Assembly: GCA_002686295.1 (NCBI GenBank)
Contig: NZBB01000006.1
Span: 2,084 to 58,771 of the forward strand
DNA from: Candidatus Woesearchaeota archaeon
Lineage (GTDB): Archaea; Nanobdellota; Nanobdellia; Woesearchaeales; GCA-2686295
DNA length: 56,688 bases
Direction: 5' to 3'
The number at the start of each line of letters is the position of its first letter. The first letter of the stretch is position 1. A program made the position numbers and the translations under genes. This document shows positions 34,834-44,977 of the stretch, one piece after another. The notes beneath the pieces were generated by a model. It saw only the letters and a list, made by a program, of their open reading frames with translations. It made no database searches and was not told where the DNA came from.

Positions 34834-35730
34834 ATGAAGCATGATTTAAATGTTATAATAATAATAGTTAGTATTTTTCTGCTGACACAAATTTTTGGTT
34901 TGTTCTTAATCAACAAAGATATTTCATCAATAAAAAAAATAGATGATGCAATAGTTATTGAACATCAGGAAACAACTCTTGGTCCCAGACCTGAAACAAC
35001 TGGTTTTTCTTCATTCATATTTCTTTCAATGGCTGTTTTAATTGGTACATTGCTGTTATTGCTTATTATGAAGTATGGAAAAGTAAACCTTTGGAAAACA
35101 TGGTTTTTCTTGGCAGTGTTTTTTTCAATTAGCATATCTTTAGGTGTATTAATAGAATACGAGTTGGCTTTATTCTTTGCATTTATACTTTCGTTTTTAA
35201 AAATGTTCAAAAGAAATGTTCTAGTACATAATTTCACAGAAGTATTAATGTATTCTGGTCTTGCAGTTTTAATAGTTCCAATATTTGATTTGCAATGGGT
35301 TTTTATAATGCTGATAGTTATTTCTATTTATGACATGTACGCAGTCTGGAAAAGTAAGCACATGGTTAAGATGGCTAAATTTCAAGCTAAAAACAATTTG
35401 TTCGCTGGTTTGATGATACCTTATGAACAAAATAAAAAAATTCATTTGAAAATTTCAAAGAAAATTAAAAGAACAAAAGTTCATAACGCTCTTCTTGGCG
35501 GAGGAGATGTTGCTTTTCCGCTAATATTTGCAGGTGTTGTAATGGAAAGTTTAATAAAAAAAGGTTTTACTCCTCAACTGGCTTTTTTTCAAACTATAAC
35601 TATAAGCTTTTTGGTAACAGGTGCAGTTATTGGATTATTTGTTTTTGCTAAGAAAAAAAAATTCTATCCTGCAATGCCTTTCATAAGTATTGCATGTTTT
35701 ATTGGTTACTTCGTAATTTCTCTTTTTTAA
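34834..35730 (+). CDS. presenilin / signal-peptide-peptidase homologue (A22 aspartyl intramembrane protease)
   Basis: Polytopic. YD motif (SIYDMYAV), GxGD motif (LGGGDVAFP) and PAL-like motif (YPAMPF). Confidence 0.8.
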   Translation: MKHDLNVIIIIVSIFLLTQIFGLFLINKDISSIKKIDDAIVIEHQETTLGPRPETTGFSSFIFLSMAVLIGTLLLLLIMKYGKVNLWKTWFFLAVFFSISISLGVLIEYELALFFAFILSFLKMFKRNVLVHNFTEVLMYSGLAVLIVPIFDLQWVFIMLIVISIYDMYAVWKSKHMVKMAKFQAKNNLFAGLMIPYEQNKKIHLKISKKIKRTKVHNALLGGGDVAFPLIFAGVVMESLIKKGFTPQLAFFQTITISFLVTGAVIGLFVFAKKKKFYPAMPFISIACFIGYFVISLF

Positions 35731-36266
35731 TAAAAAATTCTGAAAAGAAAAAAAACAACGTTTATTATAAGAAAGAATAACGTCGCAGCAATAAAAACAG
35801 ACATAGTTAATGGTATGGCACTATATACAATTATAATTGCAATATATGCTGTTAGATTGACTGTTAAATGGTTTGAGAAATGGAATGCCATAAACTTCGG
35901 CCAGAAATGAGAAAAATCCATTATAAACAAGAACAATCCCTCTAATAATATGAATAACACAAGCATAGAGGTTGAGAAATCATAACTACCAATATTTGTG
36001 AAATTAATAGAGTTTTTTTCGCTTAAAAACTTGAATAAATTCATTGAAACAAACATTAACACTAAGCTATTGGCTGTTGCGGTGTTCCATCCTACTTCTT
36101 CATTTTTATAACGTACATAATACATTTCCATAACTATTATTGTTACTATTACTGGTATAATAATCCATTTTGCTGATTGATTCTGAAATGGATTTAAAAA
36201 ATCAAAGAATCTTACCAATATCTCGTCATAGTTCTGATTTAAATATCCTGCTATTGCTTCTATCAT
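35727..36266 (-). CDS. hypothetical polytopic membrane protein
   Basis: 179 aa with about 5 hydrophobic helices. No family recognised. Confidence 0.5.
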   Translation of the reverse strand: MIEAIAGYLNQNYDEILVRFFDFLNPFQNQSAKWIIIPVIVTIIVMEMYYVRYKNEEVGWNTATANSLVLMFVSMNLFKFLSEKNSINFTNIGSYDFSTSMLVLFILLEGLFLFIMDFSHFWPKFMAFHFSNHLTVNLTAYIAIIIVYSAIPLTMSVFIAATLFFLIINVVFFLFRIFY

Positions 36267-36303
36267 TAAAACTAATATTTGAAAATTGTATATTTAAATT
36301 TTA

Positions 36304-37113
36304 TTAAAAAGAACTGAGTTTTTTCTGTTTTAAAGAAGCAGCGTAAGAAACAGGATTAACAACCATTCCGTCTCTTGCAGAAATTACTTGAGTAGTGGTT
36401 TTTTTCTGTATTTCCCTGGCTTCATATATTGGATCTGCATCTAGCATTTTTATACCAAAATGTGTTAAGATTGCAAGCTTAGGTTTTGTTTTCTGCAAGA
36501 ATTTGACTACATCTTCAGAATTCAAATGACCTTTCTGAATTAAACCTGAAGGATATTTGCAATTAATAACTATCACATCTGAATCTTTATGATCTTCAAC
36601 TAATTCTTTGCAATACTCTGTATCAGAAGTGTATGAAACAACAAATTTTTCAGCATAGAATTTAAATCCTATAGATGTTGATGTATGTTTTGCATAAGTG
36701 GCCATTATGTTAATATTGTTTATTCCTATTCTCATTCCGTGCTTCATAGCTATAAATCTTTCAACAAGTCCTTTATGATAATTTGAAATGGCTCCTTTTT
36801 CCTCACTTGAACCATGAATTGTTTCCTCATCACAAATAAGTACTCCTCGCTTATCAATGCCTGAATAAGTTGTTGCTGAAATCACTGCGTTTGCATCGGC
36901 CGAATGATTTAAATGATTATGAGATACAAGTATAGCTGTTAACTCTCTTAAATTCATATCGAATTGTTTTGCTCTTACTAATGCTCCTGGACCAGGATCA
37001 ACATGAAATAAAGTACTTCCAAACTTAAAAATTATTCCTCCAGAAGCTCTTAATTGTTTTCCGACAACTATTGAATCTCCACCGGTTCCCAGAAAAAAAA
37101 TCGAGTTATTCAT
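36304..37113 (-). CDS. MBL-fold metallo-hydrolase
   Basis: FLGTGG, metal motif SHNHLNHSAD (HxHxxH variant) and ILTHF near the C-terminus. Confidence 0.7.
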   Translation of the reverse strand: MNNSIFFLGTGGDSIVVGKQLRASGGIIFKFGSTLFHVDPGPGALVRAKQFDMNLRELTAILVSHNHLNHSADANAVISATTYSGIDKRGVLICDEETIHGSSEEKGAISNYHKGLVERFIAMKHGMRIGINNINIMATYAKHTSTSIGFKFYAEKFVVSYTSDTEYCKELVEDHKDSDVIVINCKYPSGLIQKGHLNSEDVVKFLQKTKPKLAILTHFGIKMLDADPIYEAREIQKKTTTQVISARDGMVVNPVSYAASLKQKKLSSF

Positions 37114-37195
37114 AATCCCAAAATAAATAATACTATTGTTTTCTTAATAAAATTTTCGTTTGAAAGCATCAGATTTAAAAACTAAGGATAATTTT

Positions 37196-37465
37196 CTAGC
37201 ATCGCTAGACTGGGTGGCCCATCCTCACCTGTTACTGCAAATGGATGTTGGCAGGGTTGAAGCCTGAAGGGCGGCGTTACTTAAATTAATGGTCTTAATT
37301 GGACCGTCGATGCCTTGTCCTCTAAGATCGTGATTTTTATGAATCGAGTCAGATCAGGAATGAAGCAGCTCTAAGTATTAATCTCGGTGCCTAGAGGGTT
37401 GCAGGGCTGAGGAAAAATTGAGGTAGCTGTTGATTTAAGTTTGCGTCCACCTTCAGGTACGCACC
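37196..37465 (+). ncRNA. ffs: signal recognition particle RNA (7S / SRP RNA)
   Basis: The only GC-rich ORF-free island in the window. GAGUCAGAUCAGGAAUGAAGCAGCUCUAAG matches the helix-8 (domain IV) core GGUCAGGUCCGGAAGGAAGCAGCCAAGG, with a compensatory change at the GGAA tetraloop closing pair. Alu-like GGGUGGC...CCUGUUAC lies near the 5' end. Ends are approximate (+/-20 nt). Confidence 0.75.
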
Positions 37466-40132
37466 TTATTCTAATATAATGGTTGGTTTTCCCGGGCTTG
37501 CTTGTTTTGCTTTTGAGTATTTAGATTTTTCTGCTGGTTCAATCATTATCTTACATGAAAATTCTTCTTTAAATCTATGTTTCACTTCTTTTAAACTTTT
37601 AATTTCTGTTTCTTGACTCAAGATTTCTTCTGGCAACTTAGTGCTATCTTTTAATATTACAGGAATCATTTTGACTATTTCTTGTCCATGTTTTTTCATT
37701 TCTTTCTCATCCATTAAAATGTTTATTAATACATTAACATTTCTTGTTTTTTGCATTTCTTCTTTGAGTATCTGAAAGAACTTGTATTTCCATTTTGAAG
37801 ATATTATTAAAGTTATACTTTTAGGCTTAAGATTTGTTAATTCTAAAACTTTGTTTATATCCTTAGTGGTTATGTGAGTTAATTCTTCATAAGCTTCTGC
37901 TTTCTTATCAATTTTTTTCTCATTGTACAAAGGCCATTTTTGAAGACTGCAAAACTTTTTCTTTCCTAATTTACTCCACATTTCCTCTCCAAGATGAGGC
38001 GTGAATGGACTTATCAGAATTGTTAATTTCTCCAATACTTCATTAAATGTTTTTTCATGAACTGATTCATTCAAATAAGAGTGTATATGGTTTATCAGCT
38101 CCATTATATTACCTATTGCAGAGCTTATCCTGAACTCTTCCATGTTCTCTGTGACTTGTTTTATAGTGGAGTTAAGTTTTGATATTAAGTATTTATCCTT
38201 ATTATTTTTTGAGCTTCTTTTTTTATAATCTGTATTTAATAAATTAAGAACCCTTTTTAAGAATCTGTAACTTCCTGCCACTCCTTTATCAGACCATTCT
38301 AATTCTTTCTCTGGAAGAGCAGCAAAAAGTGTGAAAAGACGTGCTGTATCAGGGCCGAATTTCTTTATTATGTCTCCAGGATCAACTATGTTCCCCAAGC
38401 TTTTGCTCATCTTGACTCCGTCTTTTAAAACCATTCCTTGGCATAACAATCTTTTGAAAGGCTCATTTATGTTATGTAAACCCAAATCCCTTAAGGCTTT
38501 TGTGAAGAATCTTGCGTATAACAAATGCATTATTGCGTGTTCTATACCTCCTATATACTGATCTACAGGCATCCAATAATTTGCTGTTTTTCCAAACGGT
38601 TTAGTTTTATTTTTTGAATCACAATATCTTAAGAAATACCAAGAGCTATCTATGAACGTATCCATTGTATCTGTTTCTCTCTTTGCATTTCTATTGCACT
38701 TAGGACATTTTGTGTTTACAAATGACTTGCTGGTTTCCATAGGATTTCCTGAACCGGTAAATTTAACATCTTTGGGAAGTTTTACAGGAAGTTCCTTTAA
38801 TGGAACAGGCACAAGACCACATTTTTCACAGTAAATTACTGGTATTGGCGTTCCCCAATATCTCTGTCTTGAAATAAGCCAGTCTCTGAGTTTGTATTCA
38901 TATTTTTGACAACCCATTTTTATCTTTGTAAGCTTTTTAGATATATCTTCTATCGCATCAGTATTTCTTAATCCGTTAAACTCGTCAGAATTAACCATTG
39001 TGCCATCACCAATATATGCTCTCGACATTTTTTTCCCATCTAAAATATAATTGTCTGGCTGAATTACTACCTTGATTTGTATTTTGTGTTTTTTTGCAAA
39101 CATAAAATCTCTCTGATCATGAGCTGGCACAGCCATAACTGCTCCTCCACCATATTCATATAGTACAAAGTTACCAATATAAATGGGTATTTTTTCCTGT
39201 GTTAACGGATTAATAGCATATTTCCCTATAAACATTCCTTTTTTCTCTGATTCTTCTGATGTTCTTTCAAATTTGTCTTCCTTCATAACTTCTGAAAAAA
39301 AAAAATTGAAAGGTTTTTCATATTTTGTTCCCTTTACCCAAGAACTTACTTTTGGATGTTCGGGAGCAAAAACCATGAATGTAACACCATATAATGTGTC
39401 TGGTCTAGTAGTAAAAACATCTATTTCTTCGTTTTTTGAGATTTCAAATTTTATAGTTGTTCCTTTACTTTTTCCTATCCAGTTTCGCTGCATAACCTTC
39501 ACTTTTTCAGGCCAATCAACTTCTTCCAAGCCATCTAATAATTCATCCGCATAATCCCTTATTTTAAAGTACCATTGATATAATTCTTTTTGCTTCACTG
39601 TTGCTGAACAACGCCAACAAATACCATTTTGCACCTGTTCATTTGCAAGAACAGTTTTACATTTTCCACACCAGTTAACAAAAGACTTTTTCTTGTAAGC
39701 AAGACCTATCTCTAAGAATTTCAAGAATATCCACTGGTTCCATTTATAGTATTCTTCTGTATGTGAAGCTATCTCTTTTGACCAATCATAACTTAACCCT
39801 AACTGATTTTGCTGTTCTTTCATTAATTTAACATTATTATAAGTCCATAATTTTGGATTCTTCTTGTTTTTAATTGCGGCATTTTCTGCAGGCAAACCAA
39901 AAGAATCATAACCCGTTGGATAAAGAACATTATATCCTTGTAAACGCTTGTAACGAGCAAATGAATCTCCTATTGCGTAGTTTCTAACATGACCCATATG
40001 CAGTTTGCCTGAAGGATAAGGATACATCTCTAAACAATAGAATTTTTTCTTTTGACTTTTTTTAGTTTTAAATATCTCTTTTTTTGCCCATTCCTTCTGC
40101 CATTTCCTTCCAATCTTGTTAAAATCAGCCAT
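37466..40132 (-). CDS. leuS: leucyl-tRNA synthetase, bacterial type
   Basis: [42 protein letters not shown] and C-terminal SPGKPTIIL. Confidence 0.9.
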   Translation of the reverse strand: MADFNKIGRKWQKEWAKKEIFKTKKSQKKKFYCLEMYPYPSGKLHMGHVRNYAIGDSFARYKRLQGYNVLYPTGYDSFGLPAENAAIKNKKNPKLWTYNNVKLMKEQQNQLGLSYDWSKEIASHTEEYYKWNQWIFLKFLEIGLAYKKKSFVNWCGKCKTVLANEQVQNGICWRCSATVKQKELYQWYFKIRDYADELLDGLEEVDWPEKVKVMQRNWIGKSKGTTIKFEISKNEEIDVFTTRPDTLYGVTFMVFAPEHPKVSSWVKGTKYEKPFNFFFSEVMKEDKFERTSEESEKKGMFIGKYAINPLTQEKIPIYIGNFVLYEYGGGAVMAVPAHDQRDFMFAKKHKIQIKVVIQPDNYILDGKKMSRAYIGDGTMVNSDEFNGLRNTDAIEDISKKLTKIKMGCQKYEYKLRDWLISRQRYWGTPIPVIYCEKCGLVPVPLKELPVKLPKDVKFTGSGNPMETSKSFVNTKCPKCNRNAKRETDTMDTFIDSSWYFLRYCDSKNKTKPFGKTANYWMPVDQYIGGIEHAIMHLLYARFFTKALRDLGLHNINEPFKRLLCQGMVLKDGVKMSKSLGNIVDPGDIIKKFGPDTARLFTLFAALPEKELEWSDKGVAGSYRFLKRVLNLLNTDYKKRSSKNNKDKYLISKLNSTIKQVTENMEEFRISSAIGNIMELINHIHSYLNESVHEKTFNEVLEKLTILISPFTPHLGEEMWSKLGKKKFCSLQKWPLYNEKKIDKKAEAYEELTHITTKDINKVLELTNLKPKSITLIISSKWKYKFFQILKEEMQKTRNVNVLINILMDEKEMKKHGQEIVKMIPVILKDSTKLPEEILSQETEIKSLKEVKHRFKEEFSCKIMIEPAEKSKYSKAKQASPGKPTIILE

Positions 40133-40210
40133 CTTTTATTTGTTTTATTTAGCTAGTTAATATATTTTTTTAATTTAAAATTAATTTTTAAGAAATAAAG
40201 AAAAAAATTA

Positions 40211-40408
40211 TTAGAATTTTTTAAACTGAGCAGCCATATCTATAAGATCCACATGACCTAAGAATAAAGACCTACAACAATATCTGTCGATTTTTAATGA
40301 ATCAAGAACTTTCTTTGGTTCTTCACTTTTCTTTAATTTTTCCTTATATTCTTCCCAAAGATGACCTATTGGCTTTCCACAAGAAAAACATCTAACCGGT
40401 ATTATCAT
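40211..40408 (-). CDS. rpoN: DNA-directed RNA polymerase subunit N (Rpb10)
   Basis: MIIPVRCFSCGKPIG...YCCR zinc motif, 65 aa. Confidence 0.9.
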   Translation of the reverse strand: MIIPVRCFSCGKPIGHLWEEYKEKLKKSEEPKKVLDSLKIDRYCCRSLFLGHVDLIDMAAQFKKF

Positions 40409-40477
40409 AAATTCACCTCTGTGAATTTATGGAACTCAAAAAACTTAACTGTTTTCATCATCATAAATTTACCTCCA

Positions 40478-40879
40478 TTACCTATAACTCTTTTGTCTTT
40501 TAGCTCTTGCTTTACCTTGACTGTTTGGCTTGCTTACTTCTTTTCTTCTAACATCTGCAACTAATAATTGTCTATCATAATTTAATAATACATCTTTAAT
40601 TTTTTCATCAAACTTCACAAACGCTCTTCCTATTGCCAATCTTACAGCGTCTGCTTGACTTACTACTCCACCACCATGCACAGTTATTTTTATATCTACT
40701 TTATCTGCAATGTTTTTTACCAACAATAAAGGTTCTTTTATCTTCATTCTTGCAAACTTTGGTTCAAAATAATCTAAGGATAAATTATTTATTGTTATAT
40801 TTCCAGTTCCAGATTTTAAACTTGCTCTAGCTATAGCTCTTTTCCTCTTTCCTGATGTTTGTAATATTTTTGCTTTCAT
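40478..40879 (-). CDS. rps9: 30S ribosomal protein S9 (uS9)
   Basis: GKRKRAIARA, GGGVVSQADAVRLAI and C-terminal KRQKSYR. Confidence 0.9.
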   Translation of the reverse strand: MKAKILQTSGKRKRAIARASLKSGTGNITINNLSLDYFEPKFARMKIKEPLLLVKNIADKVDIKITVHGGGVVSQADAVRLAIGRAFVKFDEKIKDVLLNYDRQLLVADVRRKEVSKPNSQGKARAKRQKSYR

Positions 40880-41289
40880 ACTTTCCCACCTAAAAACTTA
40901 CATATACTTTTAATAGTTAAGTAACTTGTTTTAGTTATCTTTTCTACATCAGCATTGTTTATGCTTTCTGAGTTCTCTTTAAATTCTTCTGGCTTACCAA
41001 CATAACATTTTATGTTTTCAAATGCAATTCTTCCTCTTGGAAGTTTGTATGGTAGCATTCCTCTTATAGCTCTTTTTACAAAACGATCTGGTTGTCTTGG
41101 AAAAAAAGGCCCTATTAAAGGTGCTCCTCTATCTCTTTTTCTTTTATAATTAGCAAGAATCTCTTTTTTTGAACCTACAACAACTGCTTGTTCACTATTT
41201 ATTATGCTTATTTTTTCTCCCAACAAAGCTTTCTTTGCTACAAAAGTTGCTAATCTTCCTAGTATTAAATTTTTCGCATTTATTATCAT
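40876..41289 (-). CDS. rpl13: 50S ribosomal protein L13 (uL13)
   Basis: GRLATFVAKKAL.G and RAIRGMLP motifs. Operon position. Confidence 0.9.
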   Translation of the reverse strand: MIINAKNLILGRLATFVAKKALLGEKISIINSEQAVVVGSKKEILANYKRKRDRGAPLIGPFFPRQPDRFVKRAIRGMLPYKLPRGRIAFENIKCYVGKPEEFKENSESINNADVEKITKTSYLTIKSICKFLGGKV

Positions 41290-41630
41290 CCTATAATCCT
41301 CACTTTTTTACCTTGCGGATTCTTTTTTAATAACTCAGTTATTGATAATGCTTGACCTTTAATTTTTATCTTTTGATAAGCTGAATCTGAGAAATTAAAT
41401 GCTGCAACAACTACTGTCTTTGTTAATTCTCCTGAACCCAAAACTTTTCCAGGAACAACAATTATTTCATTTGGCTTCGCATTTTTTTCTATTCTGTATA
41501 TGTTAACTTGTCTTCTTCTTCTGGTTGACTTTTCAAGATCACTTGCTACTCGCTTCCAAATCCTCACTTTTTCTTCTATAGAAGTCTTTTTCAATTCACT
41601 TATTAATTGTGTTAGTTGTTCGTGTTTCAT
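41286..41630 (-). CDS. rpl18e: 50S ribosomal protein L18e
   Basis: IWKRVASDL...RRR.VNIYRI pattern. Start trimmed to ATG 41630 because the longer ORF reads through tRNA-Leu. Confidence 0.85.
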   Translation of the reverse strand: MKHEQLTQLISELKKTSIEEKVRIWKRVASDLEKSTRRRRQVNIYRIEKNAKPNEIIVVPGKVLGSGELTKTVVVAAFNFSDSAYQKIKIKGQALSITELLKKNPQGKKVRIIG

Positions 41631-41635
41631 TTTTA

Positions 41636-41721
41636 TGCGAGGGACGGGATTCGAACCCGTGCAACCACTAAGGCCTACGGCCCTCAACCGTAGTCATTTG
41701 ACCAGACTCTGACACCCTCGC
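41636..41721 (-). tRNA. tRNA-Leu (anticodon GAG), class II with long variable arm
   Basis: The reverse complement gives GCGAGGG..., anticodon arm TACGG-TTGAGGG-CCGTA, a 15-nt variable arm, T arm ACGGG-TTCGAAT-CCCGT, then CCCTCGC plus A73. Confidence 0.85.
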
Positions 41722-41742
41722 AATCAAGGGTTCAAGAATCTT

Positions 41743-42477
41743 TTATTTTTTCTTCATTAATTTTGAAAACTCTGTTAGTTGTTCGTTGAATATTTCTAAC
41801 GCTTTCTTAACCATTACTTCACAACTCATTTGACCCCAAGATTCAACTTGGAATATGAAATTTTCATTACTATATTCTATATTTAATATATCTTTGTTTA
41901 TGCATTCACATGCATCTACTAAATTATTATTTAATATGTTTTTTTCATCCAACTTTCCTTTTTTGAAAGCTTTAGATGGGTATTTATCTTTATACTCTTC
42001 AAATTTTGAACTTTTATTGTTTATTTTGATTTTTGGCTCTTGAACAAAGTGTACCGTACCTGGACTCCATTTCATATGTTCTGAACCTTTTCCTAGAATA
42101 GCTGTTGCTTCAAATTCTAGTTCTTGTTTGTCTAAAAGTTTAACAATTGGCATTTTAGGATGAACTGGTTTACAACTCTTATCTTTTGTCTTCAAACTTG
42201 AAGCATAGACATATCCTGGTCCTTTTTCTTTAAATGTAAATACTATTTTTGATTTCTCATCTGCACCAGATGTTTTCAACGGAATTAATCCTATTCTATG
42301 TGCAATTATTTCATCGTATAATATTGAATTGTTCTTTTTAAAAGATACATCTTCTATTGCAAGTGTTGGTACATCAGCTGTTATTAACCTTCTTATTGAA
42401 TTTGCATATGAATAATTTATTCCTTTTATCAAAAAATTTGTTTTATCTTTCTGTTTTAAAATTATTTTTAGTTCCAT
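41743..42477 (-). CDS. rpoD: DNA-directed RNA polymerase subunit D (Rpb3)
   Basis: YANSIRRLITADVPTLAIEDV and IAHRIGLIPL motifs. Operon position. Confidence 0.85.
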   Translation of the reverse strand: MELKIILKQKDKTNFLIKGINYSYANSIRRLITADVPTLAIEDVSFKKNNSILYDEIIAHRIGLIPLKTSGADEKSKIVFTFKEKGPGYVYASSLKTKDKSCKPVHPKMPIVKLLDKQELEFEATAILGKGSEHMKWSPGTVHFVQEPKIKINNKSSKFEEYKDKYPSKAFKKGKLDEKNILNNNLVDACECINKDILNIEYSNENFIFQVESWGQMSCEVMVKKALEIFNEQLTEFSKLMKKK

Positions 42478-42873
42478 TTATACTCTCCTCCCTCTTCGTC
42501 CACCTTTTTTTCTACATCCACCATGTGGTGTTGGGGTTACATCTTCTATGAATCCTATTTTTAATCCTTTTCTTGATAATGCTCTTATAGCTGCTTGTGC
42601 ACCTGGACCTGGATTTGATGATCCATTATGACCTCCTGGAGCTCTTATTCTTACCTGTAAAGCATTTATGCCTTTATCTCTACAGATATCAGCAACTTTT
42701 TTTGCCGCAGCCATCGCAGCAGTTGGACTTGATTCAAGTCTGTGTGCTTTCACTACTTGTCCTCCACTTGCAATAGTTACTGTTTCTGTTCCAGTTATGT
42801 CCGTTATATGTATGATAGTATTATTATAGGATGAAAAAATGTGTGCTATTCCCCACCTAGTTGAATCTTTCAT
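42478..42873 (-). CDS. rps11: 30S ribosomal protein S11 (uS11)
   Basis: [29 protein letters not shown] and C-terminal RGRRV. Confidence 0.9.
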   Translation of the reverse strand: MKDSTRWGIAHIFSSYNNTIIHITDITGTETVTIASGGQVVKAHRLESSPTAAMAAAKKVADICRDKGINALQVRIRAPGGHNGSSNPGPGAQAAIRALSRKGLKIGFIEDVTPTPHGGCRKKGGRRGRRV

Positions 42874-43522
42874 TTTTTGTCCTCTTTTGGTTTTTCTTAG
42901 TTTCTATCTCCTTTGCAATCTCATCTTCGTTTTCTGGAACTTTTTCAAATGCCACTACTTCTTCTACTTCTTCTTTTTTCTTTTTAGTCACTTTTGGTTT
43001 TGCTACTTCTTCAAAAAATCTTTCCGGATGACTTGTGTTTGCCAAAGATGATGAACTTGAAAATGATAGTTTACTTTCATCACTTACTTTTATTAAATGT
43101 GAAGGCACACTTATTTTTTTATCAGCAACTTTTACGTGTCTATGAACTATGAATTGTCTTGCTTGATTAATTGTTTTTGCAAGGTTTTTTTTAAATAGAA
43201 CTGTTTGAAATCTTCTTTCAAGAATGTTTTTTACTTCTAAACCTAGTATTGAATCTGTTGGTTGGTCTGCTTTTAATAGACCTAATGAAAGTAATTTTTC
43301 TCTTAATTGAGATTTTTCTTTATCTGCCTGTTCAGAGCTTAAAGCGTTTAATGTTTTTATTTGTTGCTTGAACCCATTTAAAATTGATTCTGCTTTCCAT
43401 ATCTCTTTTTTATTTCTTAATCCAAATTCTCTTTTCAATGTTATCTCATTCTCTATCCTAGTTTTTTGCCATGGATGAGTTGGTGTATCATACTTTTTTC
43501 TTGTTTTTTTTGGATCGCCCAT
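42857..43522 (-). CDS. rps4: 30S ribosomal protein S4 (uS4) with K/E-rich C-terminal tail
   Basis: [27 protein letters not shown] and the S4 domain. About 45 extra C-terminal residues overlap the S11 start by 17 nt. Confidence 0.9.
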   Translation of the reverse strand: MGDPKKTRKKYDTPTHPWQKTRIENEITLKREFGLRNKKEIWKAESILNGFKQQIKTLNALSSEQADKEKSQLREKLLSLGLLKADQPTDSILGLEVKNILERRFQTVLFKKNLAKTINQARQFIVHRHVKVADKKISVPSHLIKVSDESKLSFSSSSSLANTSHPERFFEEVAKPKVTKKKKEEVEEVVAFEKVPENEDEIAKEIETKKNQKRTKNERFN

Positions 43523-43523
43523 T

Positions 43524-43976
43524 TTAACCTTTTCTCTTAACTCCTAAAGAACCTTTTCCTTTGTTTCTTCTAAAGTTTGATTTTGTTCTTTGACCTCTTA
43601 CTGGCAGACTCCATTGATGTCTTAATCCTCTGTAAGATTTTATTTTTTTCATCATTTTTACATCATTTTCTTTTGCGAATTTCAAATCTGGACCTATTAG
43701 GTGATTATTTTTTCCTGTTTCTGGATTTTTTCTTCTGTTTAATAGCCATTCTGGCATTCCACTTTTTGCAACTTCATTAAGAATCAATGTTAGTTTTTCT
43801 GCATCTTTACTTGACAAATTACCTGTTTTTCGGTTTTCGTCTATTCCTGATAGTTCACAAACTGCGTGAGCCATCATTACACTTACACCTTTTATTTTTC
43901 TTAATGCATATAAAATTTTTTTATTACCATCTAAGTCGGTGTTTGCTACTCTTAATAAATATTTGAATTCTACCAT
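43524..43976 (-). CDS. rps13: 30S ribosomal protein S13 (uS13)
   Basis: RVANTDLDGNK, IKSYRGLRH and GQRTKSN. Confidence 0.9.
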   Translation of the reverse strand: MVEFKYLLRVANTDLDGNKKILYALRKIKGVSVMMAHAVCELSGIDENRKTGNLSSKDAEKLTLILNEVAKSGMPEWLLNRRKNPETGKNNHLIGPDLKFAKENDVKMMKKIKSYRGLRHQWSLPVRGQRTKSNFRRNKGKGSLGVKRKG

Positions 43977-44057
43977 TTTATTTTTTCGAGAGAAATAACT
44001 TTTTTTAACCCTATACGCTATTCACTCGGATTCTTTGATTTTAGAAAAATGATTAGT

Positions 44058-44765
44058 TTATAAACCTTTTGAAAGTTTGCTATAACCAATTATTGCGTTA
44101 TCTATTGTTTTTGGTATGTTTTTATTCCATTTATTGTCTTTGTATTCATTTAGATTGTAAATTTCTGTTAAGCTATGAAATTTTTTGAATAACTCATTAA
44201 ACACAACTAATTGTTTTTCATCATTTTTTTCATTGTTTTTATCTGTTTGTAAGGTTTTATTATTGTAGAAAAAGTTTAATGTGTATCTTCTGTCAATAGG
44301 CACATACAAGTTTGGTAGTAAAAAATGCATTGTTTTGGAGAAAGTAACTAGTTTTGATTTAATTTTATTTCCTGTCCAGCTTTCTCCGACAAGATCAAGT
44401 TTTTTGAATAAGCTTTCTGTTATATTAATCGTTTTTTCAAACTCTCCTTTTGATAAATTTTCTATCCTGTAATTATTTAAAAGCGTCATATTTTCTTTGT
44501 TGCTTCTTATTGACTCTTTGAATAGTTCTATCTCGTTGAGTTTTGCTGCTCTTCCATTCATATTCCAAGCTATTAATGTTGTGTAACTTAACTCAAGATA
44601 TTCATCGCTAAAAATGTCTAGATTTCTTCTTTTTTCTAATAATAAACTATAAAGGTATTGTCCTGGATCGAAAAGCCTGTATTCTAATTTTGTTTTCTCC
44701 AAAGATTTTTCTAATATGTTCTTATTTGAAATTAATTCTTCAAACTTCTCTGATTTCAACTTCAT
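44058..44765 (-). CDS. hypothetical protein
   Basis: 235-aa uninterrupted ORF between the ribosomal block and the giant-protein cluster. No motif recognised with confidence. Confidence 0.55.
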   Translation of the reverse strand: MKLKSEKFEELISNKNILEKSLEKTKLEYRLFDPGQYLYSLLLEKRRNLDIFSDEYLELSYTTLIAWNMNGRAAKLNEIELFKESIRSNKENMTLLNNYRIENLSKGEFEKTINITESLFKKLDLVGESWTGNKIKSKLVTFSKTMHFLLPNLYVPIDRRYTLNFFYNNKTLQTDKNNEKNDEKQLVVFNELFKKFHSLTEIYNLNEYKDNKWNKNIPKTIDNAIIGYSKLSKGL

Positions 44766-44977
44766 ATTTAAACAAAAATTTAAGAAAATTAATAAAGCTA
44801 TTTGTTAAATCGAAAATCTTTTGGTTTTTTTGGATAGAATTTATTAATTAATTCCTTTCTGATTTGTTTTTCATACTTAAAAATATTATTAATATGCCAT
44901 TAATACGCCAGATTCATTCATTAACTTTCCTTTTTTTAATCGCTTATTTTATATAGTTGTTTTATCAATTCTTTTTC

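Noticed and set aside
40409-40477. Possible C/D-box sRNA, because of AUGAUGA (C-box-like) in the rps9-rpoN spacer
   Set aside because: No CUGA D box or C'/D' pair is present at the required spacing, and there is no terminal stem. The ATGATGATG is better explained as start codons of a short ORF (reported separately).
41631-41687. N-terminal extension of the L18e ORF (MRAVGLSGCTGSNPVPRIK...)
   Set aside because: These codons are the reverse strand of tRNA-Leu(GAG). The conserved L18e sequence begins at the internal Met (41630).
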